Assembly: GCA_030141605.1 (NCBI GenBank)
Contig: JAQGDQ010000572.1
Coordinates: forward strand, 1 to 64,000
Length of the DNA stretch: 64,000 bases
From: Tubiluchus corallicola
Lineage: Eukaryota > Animalia > Priapulida
Direction: 5' to 3'
The position numbers were made by a program, and so were the translations under genes. The notes under the pieces were generated by a model. The model was not told where the DNA came from and ran no database searches. It saw only the letters and a list, made by a program, of their open reading frames with translations. This document shows positions 52,601 to 61,669 of this stretch, piece by piece. Numbering within the stretch: the stretch's first letter is position 1; each line of letters begins with the position of its first letter.

Positions 52601-54660
52601 CTTCATTATCCTTCCTTGAGAAGTATGAAAATCAGGTTTTTTTTCAACTACGTTTATTACATTGTATATCAGAGTTTTATGAGAACACAAAATCTTACTG
52701 TTTAATTGCAAGATGCAGTAGCCATATACAGGCAATGTTTCTGATTTCTCAGAAAGATTCAATCTCACAGAAAGATTTTTCTTGCAGGGTGTCACCGTGG
52801 ACTACATATGCAGTAAGATTAGCAGTCTCCCGATGCTCTCGGCCATGACGTCAGACGGAACTTTGATGATCGAATGCGACATCAACGAGAGAAACCACGA
52901 CACCGTAGAAATATCTGTGGTTAGTGAACGCTATTTGCTTACGGGCATAAAACGTTATTAAAATTGCGGGTTTACGTACGTTTCACAAAGAATCCACTTA
53001 CAGTAATGATAATGATAATATATTTTAAAGGCACGCATTTAGAATTAATTACTACAATAAAAATATACGCGTACAATAGTTGTTGTTGGCATCCTTCTGT
53101 CTCCGAAGACTACTAAAGCTTAGGTCACATGACTAAGGCTGGCTTCGTTTTAAACACTTTCGGGAAATGCATGTTTGTAAAAATCTGCAAGAAAAACAAA
53201 TAATTATAGACTGCTAGATTAGATTGCTTGACACCAACACTTGTACTTTCAGTTTTTTGGAAGCAATTAACTTCACTTATGAGATCACTGAGATGTTTCC
53301 ATTATGTGTGTGCTTCAAGTATCCATTTTAAATGTAGTAGTAGTGGTAGCGGTAGCGGTAGCGGTAGCGGTAGCGGTAGCGGTAGCGGTAGCAGTAGTAG
53401 TAGTAAAATCTTTATTTGCCAGTTTAAAAACATTGACCATCATAATAAAACACGGACAATCAGTGTTAGTTCATATAAAAAACATACACTGTTCTGGGCA
53501 AATGCGTCTGGTGCAAGCTAAACTATAAGTGCAACTAGAAATTCAAAAATAAAATATAAACTAGTTTAGTAAGGTCTAGGAAAAATGAAATTATGATTTG
53601 AGTAAGTATCATCGTGTTCGTATGTCGGATATTCAAAACGAGTCATTAAATGTTTTTTTTTAATTTAGACTTGAATATTGATAAAGAGTTGCTGTGTTTT
53701 AGTGATGTCGGTAATGAATTCCAAAGTTGTATTGCTTGCTTAGTAATGGAATTCTTTCCGTATGTACTTTCAGTATCGAAGTTCGCACTCTGGCTCGAAC
53801 GCCAAGCCTATTTTAGAGATAACCGAGTCGGTCGCGGATGCCATCAGTCGTCAGTCCAAAAAACAACCCGTGCTAGCGGGACTGCTCCGCGCCGAAATGG
53901 TCACTGTGAAAGGTGCTGGAAAGAGTAAGTTTTTTATGCGTTTTACTCTTTCATACTCAGATTGGCTTCTTTGCTTTAATTGGCTTCTTTGCCTAACAAA
54001 AAATAGGGATGAGCATTCTCTACCAGAAAGTGAATTCGAATCAAACCCCCGGCCTGTTTCAGAGTTTTTTGCAATTTGTCATTCTGATCCCTGGGTAAGA
54101 CACAAACAGATTTTTTTTGTGGCCAGCCTCACCAAAGGTGACTCCAATTTCCATTTGCTTCATATTAGCACTGCAAGGTATAAGAAGAAATCACACATAT
54201 GGTAATAATGGACGACTTTTGCCTTTCAGGTTACATCATACCAATTGTATGTGCGGTGATCATTGTCGGCGGACTATTTATCATCTTGCTTTTGTTCATC
54301 TGGCATCGACGACGACGGAGGAAGCGTCGAACGACGGCAAAACAGCGCGCTCATTTGGAGGAGAAACTCAACACAGTACTTGATATAAAGACTAATAATC
54401 AGAATGAGGAGAACATGCGGCGCTACATTAATCCTCTGCGCAAAGACAACATAGTGCCTGCCAGCAGCGATTCGAGCGAAATCGTTGAACTCGACTTGAA
54501 CGAGAAACAAACCATTCCATCCTCGCTGTACAAGCTGCAGTCGCCGTCTGTGCACAAAAACACTCTAGTGAAGCCGCTCGAGAGCAAGGACATTAACTTG
54601 CACTTGTCGTTACAGCGGACTCGGCTCAGTCCCGACGCCATGCGGGAAATGGTCGTGTAG
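16776..54660 (+). CDS. JAG1: Serrate/Jagged-type Notch ligand, spliced model of 21 coding exons, 5' incomplete (co-ortholog of JAG1/JAG2 and Drosophila Serrate)
   Basis: Exons joined by hand at AG/GT sites (one GC donor) total 3270 nt, i.e. 1089 aa plus stop, with matching intron phases. Domain order is C2-DSL-16 EGF (EGF10 interrupted)-VWC-juxtamembrane-TM-ICD. The VWC region and 16 EGFs distinguish Jagged from Delta. Confidence 0.95.
18266..19773. repeat. 71-73 bp minisatellite (copy 2), about 20 units
   Basis: Same unit as 1-455. Confidence 0.95.
19060..19104. other. Oxford Nanopore ligation-adapter sequence (assembly artefact)
   Basis: 19060-19087 agcaatacgtaactgaacgaagtacatt is the exact reverse complement of AATGTACTTCGTTCAGTTACGTATTGCT; 19091-19104 agttacgtattgct is the adapter 3' end. 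Confidence 0.93.
20368..20479 (+). CDS. JAG1: Jagged exon, end of C2/MNNL domain
   Basis: cgcgcag| ... ag|gtaagc; encodes [23 protein letters not shown]...SIDYR. Confidence 0.9.
20749..20897 (+). CDS. JAG1: Jagged exon, DSL domain
   Basis: [49 protein letters not shown]; canonical splice sites. Confidence 0.95.
21240..21294 (+). CDS. JAG1: Jagged exon, first half of EGF1
   Basis: tttttag|cc atc tgc; [18 protein letters not shown]; aa|gtaagt. Confidence 0.93.
21430..21838 (+). mobile_element. L2/Crack-like LINE 3' end with (TA)n tail
   Basis: Reads [23 protein letters not shown]; aataaa before (TA)n; close inverted copy at 50965-51345. Confidence 0.8.
22533..23338. repeat. 67-bp minisatellite, about 12 copies
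   Basis: ctgaaacaactagcaacaaaattaactgtctgtattaaaactaagcgaatgtttctagagaatgtga. Confidence 0.95.
23660..23762. repeat. 12-bp tandem repeat, about 8 copies
   Basis: tatgcaggctcc. Confidence 0.9.
24358..24608. repeat. GA-rich polypurine tract
   Basis: Seen directly. Confidence 0.9.
25337..25567. repeat. 23-bp minisatellite, about 10 copies
   Basis: gtacaaaactcgacctgattagt. Confidence 0.92.
26083..27122. repeat. 71-bp minisatellite, about 14.5 copies
   Basis: gaatctggctttaaacagatttgcagtg...cttatgagctagga. Confidence 0.96.
28212..28549. repeat. Two-copy ~170-bp tandem duplication
   Basis: gttccttcagggctgtgtcttt...gggttaaatgaatcattacaact occurs twice. Confidence 0.88.
29165..29560 (-). mobile_element. 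Diverged L2/Crack-like LINE 3' end
   Basis: Shares ctgttaaaggcaaatgcgtc with the 21430 and 50965 copies; minus strand reads [14 protein letters not shown]; (TA)n tail. Confidence 0.65.
29781..30131. repeat. 25-bp minisatellite, 14 copies
   Basis: tagccctatagtccatggcattgtt. Confidence 0.96.
31351..32041. repeat. 86-bp minisatellite, 8 copies
   Basis: ttcctaaagcgtagatggcgtcgttgttgtgtcatc...acttgtgagttca. Confidence 0.96.
33464..34332. mobile_element. Kolobok-like foldback MITE
   Basis: TTAA|agg...cct|TTAA with long imperfect inverted arms (tcacttaaacttagaa / ttctaagtttaagtga). Confidence 0.7.
34265..34564. repeat. 75-bp tandem repeat x4 made from the right terminus of the 33464 element
   Basis: Unit includes tgtccttttcct TTAA ctt. 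Confidence 0.92.
35016..36113. repeat. 91-bp minisatellite, 12 copies
   Basis: gctaggtcgatagtgtcgttccatgcatggtcccagtgacctttccttgcagtttc...ctcgagat. Confidence 0.96.
36219..36291 (+). mobile_element. tRNA-derived SINE head or tRNA pseudogene
   Basis: A-box-like tagctgaaatgg (36226) and B-box ggttcgaatcc (36271) at tRNA-like spacing; stems poor. Confidence 0.55.
37607..37975. repeat. (TGT)n/(TGA)n trinucleotide low-complexity tract
   Basis: Seen directly. Confidence 0.9.
38283..38413 (+). CDS. JAG1: Jagged exon, end of EGF1 and EGF2
   Basis: [43 protein letters not shown]; phase 2 to 1. Confidence 0.95.
38499..38764 (+). repeat. Triplicated intron/exon boundary of the EGF3 exon
   Basis: tgaggttgcagtatgggaaatc units start at 38499, 38595 and 38672. 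Confidence 0.93.
38733..38852 (+). CDS. JAG1: Jagged exon, EGF3
   Basis: [40 protein letters not shown]; g|gtaagt. Confidence 0.95.
39495..40172 (-). mobile_element. Kolobok-like element, inverted copy of 42872-43540
   Basis: Ends ccccttttcttgtcct|TTAA; reverse-complement similarity along about 680 bp. Confidence 0.78.
40455..40863 (+). mobile_element. hAT-like MITE (cagggatgagaat family), truncated
   Basis: Close match to 50098-50495. Confidence 0.8.
40939..41052 (+). CDS. JAG1: Jagged exon, EGF4 (GC donor)
   Basis: [38 protein letters not shown]; 114 nt; donor g|gcaagt. Confidence 0.9.
42095..42322 (+). CDS. JAG1: Jagged exon, EGF5-6
   Basis: [16 protein letters not shown]...[38 protein letters not shown]. 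Confidence 0.95.
42872..43540 (+). mobile_element. Kolobok-like element
   Basis: TTAA|aggacaagaaaagggg terminus; related copies at 39495 and 12170. Confidence 0.78.
43694..43914 (+). CDS. JAG1: Jagged exon, EGF7-8
   Basis: [15 protein letters not shown]...[16 protein letters not shown]...GERCQ; |gtaagt. Confidence 0.95.
44523..44914. repeat. 89-bp minisatellite, about 4.4 copies, ending 12 bp before an exon
   Basis: cactagacagtaactcgtaggaaattaactcgcagcaactgtcagagagtttgttatagcttgccgac. Confidence 0.92.
44927..45083 (+). CDS. JAG1: Jagged exon, EGF9 and start of EGF10
   Basis: [52 protein letters not shown]. Confidence 0.93.
45061..45394 (+). repeat. 117-bp triplication containing the EGF9/10 exon end and donor
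   Basis: gtg(c/t)gactcaccacattgc at 45061, 45178 and 45295. Confidence 0.9.
45567..45731 (+). CDS. JAG1: Jagged exon, interrupted EGF10
   Basis: [55 protein letters not shown]; carries the Jagged-type EGF10 insert. Confidence 0.95.
46830..46943 (+). CDS. JAG1: Jagged exon, EGF11
   Basis: [38 protein letters not shown]; 114 nt, phase 1-1. Confidence 0.95.
47604..47886. repeat. 40-bp minisatellite, 7 copies
   Basis: ttgctcgcggtaactcgcaaagcagttcacacttgcaagt. Confidence 0.95.
47970..48083 (+). CDS. JAG1: Jagged exon, EGF12
   Basis: [38 protein letters not shown]; 114 nt. Confidence 0.95.
48265..48378 (+). CDS. JAG1: Jagged exon, EGF13
   Basis: [38 protein letters not shown]; 114 nt. Confidence 0.95.
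48968..49198 (+). CDS. JAG1: Jagged exon, EGF14-15
   Basis: [16 protein letters not shown]...[38 protein letters not shown]. Confidence 0.95.
49287..49830. mobile_element. Tc1/mariner (pogo/Tigger-like) MITE
   Basis: TA|cagtctagcctcgttatctcg ... cgagataacgaggctagactg|TA. Confidence 0.9.
49939..50055 (+). CDS. JAG1: Jagged exon, EGF16
   Basis: [39 protein letters not shown]. Confidence 0.95.
50098..50585 (+). mobile_element. hAT-like MITE, full length
   Basis: TIR cagggatgagaat ... attctcatccctg; no clean TSD seen. Confidence 0.85.
50734..50861 (+). CDS. JAG1: Jagged exon, VWC domain part 1
   Basis: [34 protein letters not shown] (WxxDCxxCxC motif); a possible in-frame alternative acceptor lies 6 nt downstream. 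Confidence 0.92.
50965..51345 (-). mobile_element. L2/Crack-like LINE 3' end
   Basis: Reverse complement of 21430-21815. Confidence 0.8.
51723..51959 (+). CDS. JAG1: Jagged exon, cysteine-rich region part 2
   Basis: IWCPEKNC...[13 protein letters not shown]...[16 protein letters not shown]. Confidence 0.93.
52058..52545 (+). mobile_element. hAT-like MITE, right end lost
   Basis: Starts cagggatgagaat; matches the 50098 copy. Confidence 0.85.
52788..52919 (+). CDS. JAG1: Jagged exon, juxtamembrane region
   Basis: [44 protein letters not shown]; resembles JAG1 GLTTEHICSEL...IHVAI. Confidence 0.9.
53333..53760 (-). mobile_element. L2/Crack-like LINE 3' end with (ACT)/(ACCGCT)n tail
   Basis: Minus strand reads [34 protein letters not shown]. 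Confidence 0.8.
53774..53924 (+). CDS. JAG1: Jagged exon, juxtamembrane region
   Basis: [50 protein letters not shown]; phase 0 to 1. Confidence 0.88.
54004..54093 (+). mobile_element. Internally deleted 90-bp derivative of the hAT-like MITE
   Basis: tagggatgagcat ... cccccggcctgtttcagagttttttgcaatttgtcattctgatccctg. Confidence 0.7.
54230..54660 (+). CDS. JAG1: Jagged terminal exon, TM helix and intracellular domain
   Basis: [24 protein letters not shown] helix, basic stop-transfer run, [15 protein letters not shown], ends MREMVV then TAG. Confidence 0.95.
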
Positions 54661-55832
54661 CGTCCGGCCAGCGTGCCGTAACATGCCAAAGTAACCAGCC
54701 AATGACGAGCTTGCAAGTCGGCGGTCCTTCGGCTCGAGAGAACGCGCTCCAGTCGAGGATGCCGCCGCCGTCGTTCTTCGAGAATCTTCGAAATTCGTCC
54801 AGATCTGTGTACTGTGCTTCGGTGGTTGTAAATAGCCTTTCTTTGCGCAGAGTCATAACAATGAGATTCGAAGAGCAGTTTTGCCCCGTGCCTTCTCTAT
54901 CAGACGCCCTCGTGTGGTCGACAAAACGGTGATGGCTCCCGAGCTGCTAATGTTGCCACAGGCTTTCCACTGTGGGACAACAATGTAGATATTGTGTATT
55001 TATTTTTTATTTATATTGCTTGTAAATAGGAGAATATACGTATATTAAGTGTTAGTTATTATTTAATTGATTTCCACTTCTATTTATGAGAAAAGGGTAA
55101 ACGAATGGTTCTGATTCTGGAAGTTGAACGTGTTTAGAATTGGTGATATTGATATTTGTCGAGTTGATGTGCTGTTCGCCATCTTGTAGTTAAGCACCTA
55201 ATTAAGTTTGCTGACTAGTTATGTCGCAGTGCGTAATGTCACAGTGCCTAAACAAAAGTACGCTGTGCTGTACAGTATTAGAAGTAGGTCTGTATTGAAT
55301 CGGAAGCACTGAATTGCTTCCCGTTCTTGTTGTTTTCTGTCGGTGAACTTTAGCTTTTGTTCGTATGACCTGTTCACTAGTTACACTTGCAATGCATGAT
55401 TTTCAATTGACTATTTTAACGACTACGAATGATCGAAAGCTATTGCTGGCGAATTTAACGATCGACGGACAAAGTTGCGTCTCTTTTATTTAATTCTTTC
55501 ATTTACGCCAGACTTTCTTTACGTTTTTTCTGTTACGTGCTTGTAGTATGTACAGATAACTGTATTGACGTTCATTCTGTTGAAACCGTACCTTATTTTG
55601 ACTGTAAGTTTAAAAATATGTGGGAAATTTACAGTTTTTAAGATACTTTTATGCTTTACCCCACTCAGTTTTTTGAATCAGCAGGTAAGGATTATGTTAT
55701 TTTAATATTTTTTTAGAAAAAGGTGAGCCTGGTAAGTATAGAGAACGGATGTCTGTATAAGATTTTTTTGCATAGGCCAAGTTTATCTGCATAAATGAGC
55801 CATGTGGTTCACCTGGGTTAAACTATTCAAAT

Positions 55833-56196
55833 ATTGATATTTAAGCCCTAACGATTCGCGTGATTCGCAAACATGTTTATTTTCATGTCGAACAATTAAA
55901 AGAGGTCCCAAAACTGACCCTTGAGAAACACCACATTGGGCATACCATAACTATTTAAATCTTGATTTTTAAGCCCTAACTATTTGCGTGATTCGCAAAC
56001 ATGCTTATTTTTATATCAAACAAAAGTGGTCCCAAAACTGACCCTTGAGAAACACCACATTGGGCATACCATAACTGTTTAAATCTTGATTTTTAAGCCC
56101 TAACGATTCGCGTGATTCGCAAACATGCTTATTTTTATATCAAACAAAAGTGGTCCCAAAACTGACCCTTGAGAAACACCACATTGGGCATACCAT
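55833..56196. repeat. ~121-bp triplication containing a LINE RT motif fragment
   Basis: Three units; minus strand reads CGVSQGSVLGPLLFDI. Confidence 0.88.
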
Positions 56197-56603
56197 TCTT
56201 TGCTACATTACCAAGCTCACATTTTTGCTCTTATTGTGATTATGTGTTTCATTTAAAGGTGAGATTCCCTATTTAAGTTCTAGCGTATAGATTTTCTATT
56301 AATTTATAGCCAGTGATGCCTGTTAAATTGATAATTTATTTGAACTTAGTCAATAATATAATATGTAAATTCGCATGCGGGGAAATGCATGTTCGCTTCC
56401 CCGAGTGCGAAGCGGAAAAATTCCCGTAATTGAAATTTGTAAATAATATATTAATTATGCAAATGTTACAGCTGTTCAAGTGTTCACACGTGTTCGTTCG
56501 TGCATTGTACAATTTAATCTGACGAAAATTTGCCGAATTGAGTTTTGTAGATTTTTCAGAGTTCCACGTCTTTCTCTTTCCATTGTACTGTGCGATTATG
56601 AAC

Positions 56604-56609
56604 AATAAA
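56604..56609 (+). promoter_or_regulatory. Candidate Jagged polyadenylation signal
   Basis: First AATAAA I found downstream of the stop; implies a 3' UTR of about 2 kb. Confidence 0.35.
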
Positions 56610-57606
56610 ATCTTTATGTAGATCATGGATCGAGTAGTTAGACTTTGGTGTATTTCGCATTCACCTTGGGCAGAAACGGATCCGATTTCGGGCTCCACAA
56701 ATTGCGCATGCAGTTTGCACAGGACATGAGAAAAAGTGTAATATAATTTATTATATTAACAACATAAACAAATTTATGACATAAACGATGAATGTTCAGC
56801 CAATTCAAAAATTTAAAAAGAAATACAGAGCAATGATTCTCAACAACGTGTATATAAACTGTATACAAGCAAACTATGAAGGCTGGGCAACTGCTTGTTC
56901 TGTAGTTCCTTGCACTTGTTCGTTATATGGCACTTATATAACAGCTGGACTCAGTAACTGCCTGTAGTGTGTTATACAATGCTCGTTGAATATGAACGGA
57001 TACACATTTTCCAAGGATAAGAATTGTTTTTGAAGTTGGGCACCTAAAATGTGGTGCCCCTCAAACTTTGGCGCCCTAGGCTATAGCCTAGTTAAGCTTC
57101 TTGCCTGATGTCTGCATGGCGCATGTACATTGCAAGAATCAGTGCAGCTAGCTGTAATTCAATTGTACATTCGTTAGTCTCGTAACTAACATTTCTGTTA
57201 CCAAGAAAGAAAATTCCAAAGACAACTTCGAATTAATGCCACTATAACATTAGTCAGAATTTGATTAATGTCAGGCACACAGTGCACACACTCATTAATG
57301 TTTCATTCGCCCTCCTCACACGTCGGTGATTAGAAATACTTTCTGTATCATCGAATGAATTTCATCTTCTACGCTTCTAACTTTCTACATACCTTGCTTA
57401 CTATGTCCACACTCTGTTACAGTCCAGAAAGTTCTGGCCATCTACTGAGGCACTAGCTTCGTTCTTGTCAACAAACTGCACTGCTTTTTAGGGCAGAAAG
57501 ATGGTTTATGACACTGGTGTCGCCACCTATGCATACTGTTAACGAACTAATGGTAGAAAGCATCTTTAAAGTAAATAACCAGTAAACACGCGCACTCTTT
57601 TTCAGA

Positions 57607-57869
57607 TCACTTCTTTTCCTCTACTTTTTCGGCAGGTTTTGGTGTTGTTTTTGGTATCAGTATGAATCCCTCGTCGACGGGAAATGTTTCCTCCGGTTCC
57701 TCTTCAATATTTGTCCAGAATTTCACGTCTTTCCACAGCAATCCAGGTGGATTCCACTCGTTTATCGTATTCTCTTCTTCGGATACCGAAGCCAAAAGCT
57801 TCCTGGTCGATACACTCAATGGACCTCTTTCAATTCCGACCGCTCGAGGTGCGGCGCAAACTCGGTACT
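57607..57869 (-). CDS. Terminal coding exon of an unidentified - strand gene (EYRVCAAPRAVG...EWNPPGLLWKDVKFW...EEKK*)
   Basis: GC-richer open frame with protein-like composition ending in TGA; plausible acceptor atttgtaacgcag; family not recognised. Confidence 0.5.
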
Positions 57870-57909
57870 CTGCGTTACAAATCCTCATAATTAACAAACG
57901 GTCAAATTA

Positions 57910-59214
57910 AAACAGCAGACTACTTTGATCATTGCCAGATCAGTGTGAGATTAGGATTAAAAGATTATCACTAATCTGCCACGACAAACAGGACACCAAA
58001 CAGCAGACTACTTTGATCATTGCCAGATCAATGTGAGATTAGGATTGAAAGATTAAAAGATTAACACTAATCTGCCACGACTAACAGAACAACAAACAGC
58101 AGACTACTTTGATCGATGCCTGATCAATGTGAGATTAGGATTGAAGGATTAAAAGATTATCACTAATCTGCCACGACTAACAGAACAACAAACAGCAGAC
58201 TACTTTGATCATTGCCGGATCAATGTGAGATTAGGATTGAAGGATTAAAAGATTATCACTAATCTGCCACGACTAACAGAACAACAAACAGCAGACGACT
58301 TTGATAGTTGCCGGATCAATGTGAGATTAGGATTGAAAGATTAAAAGATTATCACTAATCTGCCACGACTAACAGAACAACAAACAGCAGACTACTTTGA
58401 TCGTTGCCGGATCAATGTGAGATTAGGATTGAAGGATTAAAAGATTATCACTAATCTGCCACGACTAACAGAACAACAAACAGCAGACGACTTTGATAGT
58501 TGCCGGATCAATGTGAGATTAGGATTGAAAGATTAAAAGATTATCACTAATCTGCCACGACTAACAGAACAACAAACAGCAGACGACTTTGATAGTTGCC
58601 GGATCAATGTGAGATTAGGATTGAAAGATTAAAAGATTATCACTAATCTGCCACGACAAACAGCAGACTACTTTGATCATTGCCTGATCAATGTGAGATT
58701 AGGATTGAAAGATTAAAAGATTATCACTAATCTGCCACGACTAACAGAACAACAAACAGCAGACTACTTTGATCATTGCCGGATCAATGTGAGATTAGGA
58801 TTGAAGGATTAAAAGATTATCACTAATCTGCCACGACTAACAGAACAACAAACAGCAGACTACTTTGATCATTGCCAGATCAATGTGAGATTAGGATTGA
58901 AGGATTAAAAGATTATCACTAATCTGCCACGACTAACAGAACAACAAACAGCAGACTACTTTGATCGTTGCCGGATCAATGTGAGATTAGGATTGAAAGA
59001 TTAAAAGATTATCACTAATCTGCCACGACAAACAGCAGACTACTTTGATCATTGCCTGATCAATGTGAGATTAGGATTGAAAGATTAAAAGATTATCACT
59101 AATCTGCCACGACTAACAGAACAACAAACAGCAGACTACTTTGATCAATGTGAGATTAGGATTGAAAGATTAAAAGATTATCACTAATCTGCCACGACTA
59201 ACAGAACAACAAAC
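57910..59214. repeat. 96-bp minisatellite, about 14 copies
   Basis: aaacagcagactactttgatcattgccggatcaatgtgagattaggattg...aatctgccacgactaacagaacaac. Confidence 0.96.
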
Positions 59215-59761
59215 TATTGCAAACCGATGTAGAGAATTTTGAATGCAGAAAAGACAAAAGTTTTCAGTTCCATTAAACAAGAACCAGCATCTATTTATTA
59301 AAATTGGACTTTAAAAAAATAGTTATTCTTTAGTTTATTCTAACCTATTAACAGTATTTTAATTCAGTATTTTCCACAAATCAATATTACATGTGTGTCA
59401 TACGACTACAATATATGAAAAATAAGTTTTACCTATATAAAGAAGAGCAAATAGCAATGCAGAAAGTTTAGTGCAAAGCTGCATATTTTTGGCACTCGAT
59501 TTTACAAAAATCACAAACTAAAATTACATATTCTCCTTTATAGACAACCAACAAAATGACGCATCCATTAAAATGTTTCAATGCTTTTAAGCTTTTAACG
59601 CAAGACTATAAATCAAGACCTATAAACTTTGTACTTGTTTTATTTACATGGCTAACAGAAGAAAAGCATTCGTCACTGTTAAGTGTCTAACTACTAGGTT
59701 AGGTGTTTATCAAACAAAGTTTACAGTTGGTGATTCAAAGTGATTAACCATCCGTAGTATG

Positions 59762-60006
59762 CAGGGCCTATTTCAGCCTGAGCGAGGCCCGGGGAAGTGG
59801 GGCGTGTGAAGCCTACTCGGGGGGGGGAGGGGGGGCGCCACCATGATTGGTGCCCAGAAAATTTTTGAACTGCTAGAAGAGAAAATATGGAGTTATACAG
59901 TATGTTCGCATAAAGCAAAAAAAAATAATGTTACCTCGGTGTGAGGCCCCCCAGGAGGGTGAGGCCCCGGGGAAGTATCCCCACTTCCCCCCTGAAATAG
60001 GCCCTG
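59762..60006. mobile_element. hAT-like MITE
   Basis: Perfect 15-bp TIR cagggcctatttcag / ctgaaataggccctg. Confidence 0.8.
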
Positions 60007-60153
60007 GTAATGTAGTCCTGACTAGAAGTGTTTGCACGGGTATCTTCATCTGACAAGTGCCAAAAATACAGATAATTTAACTTTTACATTCGGATGCAGA
60101 TTGTGCAGTTTGAAAAACCACCACAAATATAATTACACTGTATTTTCTCAATA

Positions 60154-60790
60154 CAGTAAACTCAGCGTAACTCAAAATCAACTAACTCAAAGAATTTCAG
60201 CGTAACAGATGAAATCCTTCGTTTTTTCCCGCAAAATAACATTGCTTAAACACAAAATTTCGCCTACCTCAAATGAAAAATTATGGTCCATTTAACCAAA
60301 ATACATGTAATTTACTTCGCCTAACTCAAAAGTGCAATTTATACTCAAGAAATACTATATACTTTATACTATATACTATAGAAAAATAAAAAGTTTCATA
60401 CAATTCAAAAACGGTGTCGTCTCCCGGGAAACTTCTGATGTCTTACATAACTGAATACTTGACCGAGTGTGTGTAAATAATTGAGCTACGCAAAAACTGA
60501 ACTGCAGCACATAAGACACTGGTAGCCCCACTGTCATAATGTTTAACAGTGTTGTGTACGTGTCCTTTTGTAACACAATAAAAAACATGTTTCACTACAT
60601 AATTTGATATTCTTAAAGTAATTGTCATCAAATCTCATCGCTTACGTATAGAAGGGTTAACTTTCTGCCTTCTATTTAACTCGCCATCTGGAGGAGGGGC
60701 TTAGAGTTTCTAGGCCGAAAAATGGTCAACATGGCCCAACTCAAAGTTCTTTTTCGGTCCAGCAGGATTTGAGTTATGCAGAGTTTACTG
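60154..60790. mobile_element. Tc1/mariner (pogo-like) MITE
   Basis: TA|cagtaaactcagcgtaactcaaa ... tttgagttatgcagagtttactg|TA. Confidence 0.85.
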
Positions 60791-60951
60791 TAATAAATAT
60801 GGCGCACTTTAACACATGAGTACGCCATCGTAATGCAGTTTTACAAAACACATGCTGCTGATAAAGGTTGAGTAGTTAGCAGAGATAGTAAACAGTCATG
60901 CAACATCAAATAACAATGTCAACAACATTTATTTTCATGTTACAAAGACTA

Positions 60952-61406
60952 CCGTATTTTCCCGTGTATAAGAGACCCTTTTTTGCTCAGAATTTTCACT
61001 TTAAAAATAGGGGGTCTCTTATACATGGGAGTAAGTCTTTTCAATAAGATGCATAAATTGTGACACTAATGATTTTAAAGAAATAAGTGCTCTACAACTG
61101 TTTTGCGTGTCGCGTTCGACTATGAAGCGGTTGTAAGCAATACAAGCATCGTGACACAGGCATTATCTCCTCGTTTTCTCTTTTCCTGTTACAGGTTTGC
61201 AGGTACGCACTTTAATATATACCAGTACTCTTTTTCTACAACACATTAACTGGTTTTATTTTGTTTTCAGTACCGCACTGAGTTGAAAAAAGTTGTACTT
61301 TACCCTCTAAAAATGTCCGTCTGAAAAAACTTTTTTCCAGAATTTTTGCCTAAAAATTGAAGGGGTCTCTTATACACAAGGGTCTCTTATACACGGGAAA
61401 ATACGG
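60952..61406. mobile_element. Tc1/mariner MITE
   Basis: TA|ccgtattttcccgtgtataagagaccc ... gggtctcttatacacgggaaaatacgg|TA. Confidence 0.92.
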
Positions 61407-61637
61407 TATATTCCCTCACCACCAATTTATTATCAAAAGTAAAACCAACAATGGCAGATACAGTAGTCATGTTTAAGTGCATCAAAGTTTTGCCCTTTTT
61501 TCTCAGACCACATCAGAACGAACACCAAGGCAAAACCACACAGCGCAAATACAGACAAATTTGTAATTAACTATGTATGGTAATGAATTTTCTATAATTA
61601 TTTACAAATTTATTAACATATATATGTTCTTTAGTGT

Positions 61638-61668
<31 letters not shown>

Positions 61669-61669
61669 T

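Noticed and set aside
16776-54660. Delta or Notch receptor identity
   Set aside because: DSL, 16 EGF repeats and a VWC region with no LNR or ankyrin repeats define Serrate/Jagged
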